52,649 bases of DNA, taken from the IMG/VR virus record IMGVR_UViG_3300035150_000079, positions 1 to 52,649 of that record. The stretch is one strand, 5' to 3'. The translations under genes and the position numbers were made by a program. The stretch is from a virus. Lineage: Duplodnaviria > Caudoviricetes. Shown here piece after piece: positions 17,422 through 27,467 of the stretch (its first letter is position 1; every line of letters begins with the position of its first letter). The notes beneath the pieces were generated by a model, which did no database searches, was not told the DNA's origin, and was given only the letters and a program-made list of their open reading frames with translations.

Positions 17422-17460
17422 TTTCGTAGACGAATATCGTCGAATAATAGGAGTTTAGAT

Positions 17461-19134
17461 ATGGCAATTGGTGATGATTTCTCTATCGATTCAAGTAAAA
17501 ATATTAGATACGAAGGGGCGGCACACGAGGTAGCAGGCGCAGGATATTATACCGTTTTGGAATTCCATAGATGGTTACAAGATTTAGCCGATGACGCTTC
17601 TTCAACAGGAGATGATTTATTAGATATAACTAAGCCTCCGCCATCTGATAAACAATACGACACGATTATAACTCTTGCTAATGGTTATAACATAGACCAA
17701 GAAGCGTCAGAACACCTTTATGGCGGTTCGATAATTCAGAACGATGGAGACGACATATGGGATGGAATAGTGAATTACGGGACCGAAGGAATACACATAG
17801 AAATAATGCAAAACGGTTCTATATTCGCTAATGACTTCTGGAATTCGGTTCCAGACGGAGAGAGCACAAAAGGTTTGAATAGGGATACAGCTTCGGGAAT
17901 ATCTCACCAATTTATGTTACAAGTTAGAGATAGCGGAACTGATATAGACGGAAGACGTCTGATAGGTATGAATCGCGAATTCAACTACACATACGGTGAA
18001 TTCAAAATAAACGGAACGGGAAGAGGGGTTAACGTCTTAGCACTTACACAGACCAGCGATTTAAATAATCAAACTGCGGCAGGAACAGTTTCCGGTTGGA
18101 CCAATATAACCAATACAGAGGGTTATCGCGCTATAGATGTTAACGGAGATAGTACTGACGAATATTACTATTCTGAATGGAATAGAGACACTCAATCCAT
18201 AAATGATTTATACGAACGTATAAAATGGTTAACTAGAAGAGGGACTAGTTCTACTGTGTACGGATTGAATGGCGATTTATTTCGTGGAATAACACATGAA
18301 ATAAACGTGGATACCCCTACAGGGACTTTCAACGCAGTAGAACCTGTGTCTTGGTCTACGGGCACCGGACAAATGCTTGCGATAAACAGCACTACGGCGC
18401 CTACGAAGATGTGGATACAGATACTTACGGGGGTAGCGCCTACCGATGGCGTAACAATTACCGGTACCGACTCGTCAGCTACGTGTGATGTTGATACTAC
18501 GGTAACGGAAAGATCAATATCAATAGCAGGCCCTTCGGGAATACAATCGACAGGAACGGCAATAATAGGACCGTATGGTCTTGGCATAGAAGCGGCCGAT
18601 CTTTCTGCTGATGATAGACTTACTGATTTAACTGATACACAAAGAACGCCTCCTAATAACGTTACATTTTATGTGTTAGGTTTGGTTTCAGGAGAGGATT
18701 ACGTCCTAGTAGGTCCGGAATCAGGTGGCGTAATAGAAGAAGATCAATTATCTGTAAGTGGAACTTATTCAGGAGCAGAAACTACATTTACCGTACAAGA
18801 GTCCATTCCTGGTGACACTCCTACTACAGGAACTTTTAGAGTTTGGAATGGTTCAACTTATTCGAGAGTAACCTATACCGGTTGGTCAGGCTCTTCTTTT
18901 ACTGGTTGTTCGGGAGTTCCGGCTTGTTCTAACGGGGATAACGTATGGATATCTTATATAGATAAATTAGCGGATTCTACATCATTATCGTTTACGGGAG
19001 TTTATCAAAGCGATAGAAGCTTGATTATCAAAGCAAGAGATGGAGGGGGAACGCCAATTAAACCGTTCGAATCTACGGCAACATTAGGAACTTCAGGCGG
19101 TTCAATTACTATCATACGTACTTCGGATGCATAA
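17461..19134 (+). CDS. Large virion structural protein (appendage/fibre-like)
   Basis: 557 aa, rich in Thr/Gly/Ser/Asp and beta-strand character; located in the morphogenesis operon. Confidence 0.7.
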   Translation: MAIGDDFSIDSSKNIRYEGAAHEVAGAGYYTVLEFHRWLQDLADDASSTGDDLLDITKPPPSDKQYDTIITLANGYNIDQEASEHLYGGSIIQNDGDDIWDGIVNYGTEGIHIEIMQNGSIFANDFWNSVPDGESTKGLNRDTASGISHQFMLQVRDSGTDIDGRRLIGMNREFNYTYGEFKINGTGRGVNVLALTQTSDLNNQTAAGTVSGWTNITNTEGYRAIDVNGDSTDEYYYSEWNRDTQSINDLYERIKWLTRRGTSSTVYGLNGDLFRGITHEINVDTPTGTFNAVEPVSWSTGTGQMLAINSTTAPTKMWIQILTGVAPTDGVTITGTDSSATCDVDTTVTERSISIAGPSGIQSTGTAIIGPYGLGIEAADLSADDRLTDLTDTQRTPPNNVTFYVLGLVSGEDYVLVGPESGGVIEEDQLSVSGTYSGAETTFTVQESIPGDTPTTGTFRVWNGSTYSRVTYTGWSGSSFTGCSGVPACSNGDNVWISYIDKLADSTSLSFTGVYQSDRSLIIKARDGGGTPIKPFESTATLGTSGGSITIIRTSDA

Positions 19135-19136
19135 TT

Positions 19137-21791
19137 ATGGCCAATTATATCGCTACAACAGACATGACTTTAGAAGCGGCAATTGCCGCAGGTCCTATGA
19201 ACGATGGCGATAATCTCACCATAAATAACGGAGCGGTCATAACATGTACGCAAACACCAAGTATATTATTGGGAAGAAGGACAATTAATGACGGGAAGTT
19301 GTTTATAGACGGGAAAAATATTTCTAGCGGAAATGTTATAAATTTTTGTTGTGAATACCAAGATGCTTCGTATATTTATTTCAAAGGAACTTTGGAAGTC
19401 GACGGAGATTGGTATTCTATAGGAACTACGAACGGAACGGATAGCCAAACTTTTAATTTAACTTCGTATTGGGGAGGAACGCTCGAAGATTTAATACCTG
19501 CTATATGGGTTGAAACGGGCAGAAGAATTGATTTCGATAATGATACCGGAGAAATCCCCGAGGTAGACGATTGGGTATATAAAACATCAGACGATTTAGT
19601 GATGGGTAGAATTGTAGAAGTTCAATCCACTTATATCGTCGTAAAATTCCTTACCGGAAGTTTAGCAGATAATGACTCAATAGAGGTAAGAAAAGTAGTC
19701 GATAATGAAGGTCCAGATTATCAAATTTCTTGGACAGCCCAAGTAGCTAACGCAAGCGGCGATATAAAAGAAGCAGGAATATATCAAGAATTTGCTAATG
19801 TTATTGCGAATAGTACAAGTTACATCGCTACGTTCAATCATCACTTAGGGGGTTTTGTATTTGAACATACTTTTCAATCCAATACTTTAACGATGGGATC
19901 AAGTACTGGCGGCGGTTTTGTTCCTCCATCAGGGTGTGATGTAAAAGTTCCTAATGTACATTTTTCAACTTCTAATTTAACAAGTTATGCTAGCGGCGAT
20001 ACCTATCAAGACGGCTCCAATTTTGAAAATAATCGCGATGAAATAATTATGTCAGGCGCCGGTAAAGTTGAGTTAAGTATTTGTAATGTCGGTAGCTCTT
20101 TTTTTGGTACTTCTGGTGCTTATTATTTCTATGCTTATTATGTTGGAGCACCAATTTCTTTAGGTTCCGCAGCGTGTTTACAGAAATCCATATACAATAA
20201 TTGTGTTATAATAAATGATCCGTTCGCATTGGCATCAAATTCGAATTCAGCAATTGGCATAGTAGACTGTGGTAATGGTGCTGATATAATAGATTGTTTA
20301 GTTGTACAAGCGTACGCTTATTGGATGTATCTTGGAGCGGATACTTCATCCAACGTATTGGTGAAGAATTGTATTTCTGTATTAGGTGGAAGTACTTATG
20401 GAGCAAATACGTATTTATTTTGTTATTATGCTAGAAGGTGTGAAAATTTTACAATAGATAATTGTGTCGGAATATCCGCCGATATACATTCTAATGCCAA
20501 AGTTTTAGTTCTTAGAGATACGAATGACGCTACGGTAACAGATGTTATTGCAGCGTCTTCCCAAGATTACCAAAATCCTACTTTAACAACCAACGCAATT
20601 GCAATGGAAAATGCTAAAGACGTATATTTGTGTGGTTGGAAAACATTGGGACCAGCAGGGTATAGAGTATTTTATTTCACCGATTGTAATAGAATAAAAT
20701 TTAGGTGTTTAGGAAGAATTGAATCTCCGGATGATGTAAATAACAAGAGTAGAGAATTATTCACTCTTGTAGGAAGTTGTGTTGACATAGATATATCTAG
20801 GATATGGGCGGAAAATTCTACTTATAATTTTTTAGCGCCCCTTCCGACAACAGCAATAGGAACTTTGATTGGTAATTGTAGTTACGATTATGATCAAACA
20901 TTTGATATTGCTGGAGTAGATACTGTTGTAAAAGGTTTGCATGCTGGTTCAGGAAGCATCGGGGCGCCAGGCGGTATAAACGCATCTTATCCGGGCGATA
21001 TTGGCATACAAATTCACGATGGATTTAAATCTGATACATCGGGATTTATTGTTTGCGCATTAATACCTCCTTCCGATAATAATAATTATATCACTATTGT
21101 TAACGGCAGTCCTGAATTTAATGGCGACGGTTCTTTAAATATGTCCAACGGCGACATAATAGAAGTGGAACAAAGTTATTTTTCAAAAGGCCATATTTCG
21201 TTTACCGGAAATATAACATCCATGTTAGGGTCTGGAGCTATCTCTTGGGGAACAGACGAATGGACGGACGTTACAGTAGAATTTCAATACGACACGGGAA
21301 GCGGTTGGAACGGAAGTTGGTTGAATGCAAGAACTGCGGGAAATTGGACTGGTATAAGTAGTATTTCAAGCGGAATAAAATTGAAATATAGATTTACCGC
21401 TACCGATGATGTAACGGATATGTTTATGTTTATTACGGAAACGACCACATCTTTGTCTGCACAGGCAGCAAACTTACATCCTATAGACCAAAGTTATGTA
21501 ACGGTAAAAGTTATAGCAAAAGATTCTAGCGATTACTCGTTGATAGAAAACGCTAGAGTTTATTTGGTTGCTGACGCTGGAGGTCCTTTATCACAAGGAA
21601 CGTTGATATTTAATCAATTAACGAATGCTAGCGGTTACGTTCAAAATACTGAATATCTTTATACGGCCGACCAACCAGTAGTAGGTTGGATAAGAAGAGC
21701 TACGACGCCTACGTTGTATAAGCCCACGGACATAGTAGGAACTATAACGAGTTCAGGTTTGACTATAACAGGTATAATGGTGCCAGATTAA
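19137..21791 (+). CDS. Large virion protein with probable right-handed beta-helix
   Basis: 884 aa; periodic Asn/Cys-stack segments (IYNNCV, IIDCL, VKNCI, IDNCV) typical of parallel beta-helices. Confidence 0.7.
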   Translation: MANYIATTDMTLEAAIAAGPMNDGDNLTINNGAVITCTQTPSILLGRRTINDGKLFIDGKNISSGNVINFCCEYQDASYIYFKGTLEVDGDWYSIGTTNGTDSQTFNLTSYWGGTLEDLIPAIWVETGRRIDFDNDTGEIPEVDDWVYKTSDDLVMGRIVEVQSTYIVVKFLTGSLADNDSIEVRKVVDNEGPDYQISWTAQVANASGDIKEAGIYQEFANVIANSTSYIATFNHHLGGFVFEHTFQSNTLTMGSSTGGGFVPPSGCDVKVPNVHFSTSNLTSYASGDTYQDGSNFENNRDEIIMSGAGKVELSICNVGSSFFGTSGAYYFYAYYVGAPISLGSAACLQKSIYNNCVIINDPFALASNSNSAIGIVDCGNGADIIDCLVVQAYAYWMYLGADTSSNVLVKNCISVLGGSTYGANTYLFCYYARRCENFTIDNCVGISADIHSNAKVLVLRDTNDATVTDVIAASSQDYQNPTLTTNAIAMENAKDVYLCGWKTLGPAGYRVFYFTDCNRIKFRCLGRIESPDDVNNKSRELFTLVGSCVDIDISRIWAENSTYNFLAPLPTTAIGTLIGNCSYDYDQTFDIAGVDTVVKGLHAGSGSIGAPGGINASYPGDIGIQIHDGFKSDTSGFIVCALIPPSDNNNYITIVNGSPEFNGDGSLNMSNGDIIEVEQSYFSKGHISFTGNITSMLGSGAISWGTDEWTDVTVEFQYDTGSGWNGSWLNARTAGNWTGISSISSGIKLKYRFTATDDVTDMFMFITETTTSLSAQAANLHPIDQSYVTVKVIAKDSSDYSLIENARVYLVADAGGPLSQGTLIFNQLTNASGYVQNTEYLYTADQPVVGWIRRATTPTLYKPTDIVGTITSSGLTITGIMVPD

Positions 21792-23584
21792 TGTCTATTA
21801 GTGTAAATTGGTTAACAAAAGTTATAACGATACCTAAAGCCGATTTAACTTTGATACAATCAACTCCTAGTGAGATATACGAACTCAATTTAAATGAATT
21901 TAGATATTGGCTACACGACGAACAAGATAGCGTTGAAGGAATAATAAATCCTGAAATATTTACGCATAATACCGAAGTTGAATTAGGGGGAATAACTTTC
22001 GCAAGGGTAATAAGAATAATAAATGGTTATACAATTACTTTTGAAAATGGTATGTATGCTGTAAATTTAATAGGTGCTAATAGTAATGTTGCTGATGTAA
22101 CGAATGTCAACAACGTTTCCGTAAGGCCCTATAATTCAGCAGGATTAATATCGTCTCCAGACATAGAATATTCCTCATTTAACGAAAGAGTTACTATAGA
22201 TATTATTAATGGTTCTTCTGGAACTTTATATCCTAAAGGGACTATGAGAGAACCTGTCAATAATTTAAGCGACGCAAAAATAATAGCACAATATAGAGGT
22301 TTTGAAACATTATTTGTAATAGGAAATATAACTTTTGTTGATACCGACAATATAGACGGATTCACTATCATAGGCCAGAATCCAGTAAAGAGCACATTTA
22401 ATCTAACTGAAGGTTTGTCTTCGGTAGGATGTGAATTCATAGAAGCTACAATTGACGGAGTTTTAGATGGAAATTCCACAATAGACAATTGTATAGTAGA
22501 CGATCTAACTTACATAGAAGGAATAATAAAAAATAGTATTTTGCGTGGCACGATAGTTTTAGCAGGCAATACAACTACCAACATATTAAATTGTTACGAC
22601 GGAATTGCTGGAGACGATAAACCCATAATAGACATGGGAGGTTCCGGTCAAGGTTTAACTGTTGGAGGTTATAGCGGAGAATTGGAAATAAGGAATAAAG
22701 ACGGAGAAGATAAAATTTCCATAGATTTAGTATCTGGAGAAATAGTTTTAGATTCTACTGTAACCAACGGAGAAATAGACATAAGGGGCGTTGGTAGATT
22801 AATAGATAATAGTTCAAGTGGAGCTATTGTTAAATGGAATGCTCTTATTTCCAATGATAACTATGATGGGGTGGTGATGGTCAACACAGTATCGGGAGTT
22901 CCAGGAACGCAATATCCTCGCGGAACTTCTAAGATGCCTGTTGATAATCTTATTGATGCAAAAGTAATAGCTGATAACCTAGGCATAAAGACTCTGTTGA
23001 TAACCGGCGATGTTGCGTTAGAGGAAAATTTTGAAGAATTTACGTTTTCGGCTTCACAACCAACGCACGCAACACTTGATCTTAACGGAATGGCGCTTAC
23101 AAAATGTGGAATAAATTCTATGACAGTAATAGGAGAATCAATCGGATTTTTTGTTGCTGAGGATTGTTATTTCCCAAACGGCTCGTTAAATATTAATGCT
23201 TCTATGGAAAGTTGCGTGTTAAATGGGGAAATTAGCGTCATCACCGGAGGACAATTAAGATGTATAAAATGTTCCTTCCCCGGAACAGATACGATATTGG
23301 ATTTAAGTGGAGAAGTTACTGTTAGTTTGGCGGATATAGTCGGTAGCATAAAAATAACGAATCTTGATAATCCTTTATCCATAGTTACTATTACAGGAAA
23401 TTTCAGCGCCGATATAGATAGTACTTGCGTTAGCGGAATCGTTAAAGCCGCTGGTATAGGAATTTTAAATGATAGCTCTTTGGGAACTTTAGTCGTTGAT
23501 AAAGTTCTTCCCGGAAGTTTAAGTATATCGCCAACCAACGATAGTGTTGGTTCGCCGTTCGATCCGAATGGAACGTATCCGTAA
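21791..23584 (+). CDS. Virion protein with internal ~228-aa duplication (beta-helix-like)
   Basis: GTLYPKGT..EPVNNLSDAKIIA is repeated as GTQYPRGT..MPVDNLIDAKVIA. Confidence 0.7.
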   Translation: MSISVNWLTKVITIPKADLTLIQSTPSEIYELNLNEFRYWLHDEQDSVEGIINPEIFTHNTEVELGGITFARVIRIINGYTITFENGMYAVNLIGANSNVADVTNVNNVSVRPYNSAGLISSPDIEYSSFNERVTIDIINGSSGTLYPKGTMREPVNNLSDAKIIAQYRGFETLFVIGNITFVDTDNIDGFTIIGQNPVKSTFNLTEGLSSVGCEFIEATIDGVLDGNSTIDNCIVDDLTYIEGIIKNSILRGTIVLAGNTTTNILNCYDGIAGDDKPIIDMGGSGQGLTVGGYSGELEIRNKDGEDKISIDLVSGEIVLDSTVTNGEIDIRGVGRLIDNSSSGAIVKWNALISNDNYDGVVMVNTVSGVPGTQYPRGTSKMPVDNLIDAKVIADNLGIKTLLITGDVALEENFEEFTFSASQPTHATLDLNGMALTKCGINSMTVIGESIGFFVAEDCYFPNGSLNINASMESCVLNGEISVITGGQLRCIKCSFPGTDTILDLSGEVTVSLADIVGSIKITNLDNPLSIVTITGNFSADIDSTCVSGIVKAAGIGILNDSSLGTLVVDKVLPGSLSISPTNDSVGSPFDPNGTYP

Positions 23585-23602
23585 AAATAAAAGGAGAATA
23601 GC

Positions 23603-24067
23603 ATGGAAATGGATATCCTGGTTTATAAACAAAATATTTCAATGGTAAATGGAGAAAGTATTGATGGTTATATTAGAAAATTGAATATAGCGTCCCGCGA
23701 TTATACTATGGGAAAATTAAATATCACAAAAGGTAATGGTGGGGCTTGGACAGTAGAAGTTTATAGCGATAAAGTTGTTATGGGTGTTTATAAAGGCGAA
23801 GAATCCACCAAATATCATATGATAAAATATGGTAGAGATAAAGACGGAACTTTTAATTTTGGCGATATGATAGAAGTTGAACGGGTAACAACATACAAAC
23901 CCAAGACTGATATGCAAATAAACAAAACAGAAGATAGTTTGATATCGTCGCCTAATTCCGAGAAAGGCTGTTCAAGCGGATACAAAACTAGAAAAGCCTT
24001 AGGAGAACCAATAGAATTTAACGGTTGGATAGAAACTGAAAAAAGTTTCTGGACCGGAGTTATTTAG
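23603..24067 (+). CDS. Hypothetical protein ending in scaffold-like FWTGVI (candidate internal head protein)
   Basis: AAGGAG SD; C-terminus EKSFWTGVI versus scaffold EKNQNFWKGVI. Confidence 0.65.
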   Translation: MEMDILVYKQNISMVNGESIDGYIRKLNIASRDYTMGKLNITKGNGGAWTVEVYSDKVVMGVYKGEESTKYHMIKYGRDKDGTFNFGDMIEVERVTTYKPKTDMQINKTEDSLISSPNSEKGCSSGYKTRKALGEPIEFNGWIETEKSFWTGVI

Positions 24068-24079
24068 TAGGAGGGTAAT

Positions 24080-25189
24080 ATGCCAACGTTAGCCAGAGGC
24101 CAAGAAAATACGCCGTCTATTTTAAATTGGTTTATATCTATAAACGGCGTATTGACTGATGCCTATGAAGTTGGTTATCGAATATATGATATAACAGGAG
24201 GGCTTCCAGGTACGCAAATATTTCCTGTAACTCCGGGCGATTGGGAGACGGTAAGTAGTGGAACCGGACATTTTAGCGTTGGTTCTTATTACGCGTATGA
24301 TAATTCTGCCGATAACGGTTATACTCCAACAATTACGGCAAGTTTAGGAACACATAGAATATATTGGCGATGGAAAATAAATTTAGGTTCTTCGTATCAA
24401 TCCGACGCCGAAGATTTTGAAGTAATAGTGGAGTCTTCAGGTTCTTCGGTAGATACATACATAAGCATACAAGATGTAAGAGACGCAGGAGTAACAGACG
24501 AAACAGAATTTCCAGATGCTGTGGTATTATCTAATATAGAATTGTGGCAAGCAGTATTGGAAAGAGCTTGTAGGCAATGGTTTGTTCCAAAAACTATGAT
24601 ATTGAATATAGATGGAACCGATTCGGATACTTTGCATTTCGGCGTCCCTATAATAGAGATAGATTACATCAAAATAAATAATAGCGACGATGAATTGGAT
24701 ACAAATTTATATAAAGTTTATAACGCAACAACATATCCTGACGATAGAAGAAATCCGAGAATTAAATTAGTGAATTCTAGATATTGCGTGGATATTTTTA
24801 CTGCTCCGATGGGTTATGGTAGTTTGTTGTTTAGGAAAGGAAGACAAAACCAAGAAATAAAAGGGACTTTTGGATTTGTTGAAGAGGATATGAGCGTCCC
24901 TAAACCAATACAAAGAGCGCTATTGAAATTAGTTGTAGAAAAAATGACTAAACCTGTATACGTAAGCGATCCGGCTACGACCCCAACGCCTCCTCCGCCA
25001 ATAATAGGAACTCTTTTAGAAGAATGGACGGACGGGCATAGAAAAAAATACGGAACTTCAGGAGCCGCTATATCGAAACGTTCTCCGTATTTAACGGGGA
25101 TAACTGATGATCAAGAAATAATAGAGATAATAAAAATGTATCGCGCTCCAATAGGATGCGCAACGCCTGCTAATCCAACATATAGGTAA
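24080..25189 (+). CDS. Head-tail adaptor with N-terminal extension
   Basis: DTYISIQDVR...LERACRQWF...GFV....VPKPIQRALLKLV pattern; first gene of the neck cluster. Confidence 0.7.
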   Translation: MPTLARGQENTPSILNWFISINGVLTDAYEVGYRIYDITGGLPGTQIFPVTPGDWETVSSGTGHFSVGSYYAYDNSADNGYTPTITASLGTHRIYWRWKINLGSSYQSDAEDFEVIVESSGSSVDTYISIQDVRDAGVTDETEFPDAVVLSNIELWQAVLERACRQWFVPKTMILNIDGTDSDTLHFGVPIIEIDYIKINNSDDELDTNLYKVYNATTYPDDRRNPRIKLVNSRYCVDIFTAPMGYGSLLFRKGRQNQEIKGTFGFVEEDMSVPKPIQRALLKLVVEKMTKPVYVSDPATTPTPPPPIIGTLLEEWTDGHRKKYGTSGAAISKRSPYLTGITDDQEIIEIIKMYRAPIGCATPANPTYR

Positions 25190-25192
25190 AAT

Positions 25193-25591
25193 ATGTCCGT
25201 ACCGAATCTATTACATCCTGTAAAAATAACCCTACAGAGAAGAAACGTTACGGATACATTGTACGATGAAGATATGAGAGAACCAATCGGCCAAACATCT
25301 TATTACGCCGAAGAGACGTTGATGGGGCAAGTATCTTGGGAAAATAAAGATAATGTATACGTTGATGAAAAAGGGACGCAACTAAAAGCTATAGGATACA
25401 TCCTATTTAGATACGTTGATTTAGAATCAAAAGGAATAACGCTGAAATACCAAGACAGAATAAAAAAAATAGGAAGACATGAAGTAGAACTTTACATAAT
25501 AAATACCAAACCTATGGGGCATTATCCGGATCAAGACGGAGCATCATTGATAAGAGCTTATTTTGTAGATAGGATATCTATGGAAGCGTGA
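25193..25591 (+). CDS. Head-tail stopper / head closure protein
   Basis: Size, position and beta-rich GYILFRYVDL...LKYQDRI pattern. Confidence 0.6.
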   Translation: MSVPNLLHPVKITLQRRNVTDTLYDEDMREPIGQTSYYAEETLMGQVSWENKDNVYVDEKGTQLKAIGYILFRYVDLESKGITLKYQDRIKKIGRHEVELYIINTKPMGHYPDQDGASLIRAYFVDRISMEA

Positions 25592-26217
25592 TGGCAGGTC
25601 GGATAAAAATAAAACTGTCTAAAAATTGGAAAAAATTAGACAAAAAATTATTAAATTCTAGGAAAGATTTGAAAAATCATTTGACTAAAGCGACTAGATT
25701 GATAGGAAAAAAAGGCGAAGCTTTAGCGAGAAAAGAAATAACCGAAGGCAAATATGAACCGAATAAACCCCTTACCGTAGCTCTAAAAGGCGGTAGGAAT
25801 GAACCGTTAATAGGGGATAGGCCGGGTGCTCCTTTATTCAAAGCAATAACCTCTAAAGCGGTGGAAGAATTAGCTGTATTCATAGGCATATTACAAACCA
25901 ATAAAGAATATAATATAGCTAGAGCAATTCACGATGGCACATCAATAAAAGTAACCAAAAAAATGAGAAATCTGTTTTACGTTCTATGGTTAAAGGGCCA
26001 AAGACCTTCTATAGAATTAACGGGGCGAGCAGCTGAATTATGGGATAAAATGCCTGGAGGATGGTTGCCGTTGGAAAAATCCACAGAAGCTATCGTTATA
26101 CCTTCCAGGCCTTTCATAGGTAATGTTTGGGATAAAGGGAATATACAAGATTATGCTAAAAGAATATGGGACGAAGCATTAGCTTATATATTCAAGGAAA
26201 TAGCTAATGAGAACTAA
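25588..26217 (+). CDS. Neck / virion morphogenesis protein
   Basis: PNKPLT.ALKG..PLI, IARAIHDG, IPSRPFI motifs. Confidence 0.7.
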   Translation: MMAGRIKIKLSKNWKKLDKKLLNSRKDLKNHLTKATRLIGKKGEALARKEITEGKYEPNKPLTVALKGGRNEPLIGDRPGAPLFKAITSKAVEELAVFIGILQTNKEYNIARAIHDGTSIKVTKKMRNLFYVLWLKGQRPSIELTGRAAELWDKMPGGWLPLEKSTEAIVIPSRPFIGNVWDKGNIQDYAKRIWDEALAYIFKEIANEN

Positions 26218-27454
26218 ACAGATAATAAAATATTTCGATTTCAATAAAAGTAATTATAATTTGTTTACATTAGGCGATAACATTAGAGTAAATGTTGGCA
26301 CCAATTATTTACAATTAAAAGAAGTAAGTAATGGTATATATTCTACTGATAGCGATTTATACGCTTCTACTTGGATAACCAATCCTAATTCAGTAAAACA
26401 ATGGCAAGGATTCGAATGTACGATAGAAAATGCTTTAGACGAAGATTTGAACGAATTAACCGGAGTTAATTTTAGATTAACGGACGGGGTATCGGAATAT
26501 TGGCACAACGGCGTCGATTGGGAAACAAATAATATCGATTGGAATACGGAAGAAGAAGTAGCCAACAATATATCCGATTTCCCTGTAACCGAAAAGAAAA
26601 TAGGTGTAATAGTAAATCCATACACAACAAATTCTAGTTACACGCCCTTAATAAAGGGAATTAAAATACTATATTCTGTTGATATGGAGTTCCAGCAAGA
26701 CTATATCTATAGAACTTTAGTAAGACAATTAAAGGAACAAATTAGACCTATAACCGACTATGCCATAAAGTTAACCAGCGAATCATCAACAATAAATTTG
26801 AATGATTTCGAAATGGAAACGCCGTACGATATAATTAACATAGATTCTGTTTATAACGAAACGAACGACGCTGATCATTTTACAGATTTGTTACAATCAT
26901 ACAATAGTTCTACAAAAATAATAACCTTGACAGATACAATAGATGAAGATGAGATAGCATATATAAAATTAATATATAAACCTGTAGTAGCAGTTACTAC
27001 GGGCCTAGATTATTACGAAGTAACGAAGTTACCAACACTCACTTTAACCAATATAAATCTTATTAACACGACTGAATTATCACATAGCGATAGCGTATTG
27101 AACAAATCTACGGGAATTGGCGTTACCGTAAAGCCTCCTAAAAGAAGTGATATGGATATTAGTTTGAATATAATAACTAATAGCGCAATGGATCAAGTTA
27201 GATTAGCAGACGAAGTAAAAAGATTTTTCGCTAACAACAGTTATTTAACGTCCTGGGGAATGGATGAAAAATTTCGTTTGCAATTATTAGAAGAATACGA
27301 TGGACAAGTAGGGATACAGGAAAGCGGAATTTATGCTGGAAAACTTCGTTTCCTGATAATAGGTACGCTATACTATTTACAAGATGCAACGGTTGCGTAT
27401 TCCGTTGAAAGATTTAGGCTAACAGGCGATGTCGAAGTAGACATTAGTAATTAA
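26207..27454 (+). CDS. Putative tail terminator with extra N-terminal domains
   Basis: Directly upstream of sheath; C-terminal LPTLTL...DISLNIITNSAMDQVRLADEV terminator-like fold. Confidence 0.55.
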   Translation: MRTKQIIKYFDFNKSNYNLFTLGDNIRVNVGTNYLQLKEVSNGIYSTDSDLYASTWITNPNSVKQWQGFECTIENALDEDLNELTGVNFRLTDGVSEYWHNGVDWETNNIDWNTEEEVANNISDFPVTEKKIGVIVNPYTTNSSYTPLIKGIKILYSVDMEFQQDYIYRTLVRQLKEQIRPITDYAIKLTSESSTINLNDFEMETPYDIINIDSVYNETNDADHFTDLLQSYNSSTKIITLTDTIDEDEIAYIKLIYKPVVAVTTGLDYYEVTKLPTLTLTNINLINTTELSHSDSVLNKSTGIGVTVKPPKRSDMDISLNIITNSAMDQVRLADEVKRFFANNSYLTSWGMDEKFRLQLLEEYDGQVGIQESGIYAGKLRFLIIGTLYYLQDATVAYSVERFRLTGDVEVDISN

Positions 27455-27467
27455 GGAGAAATGACCG

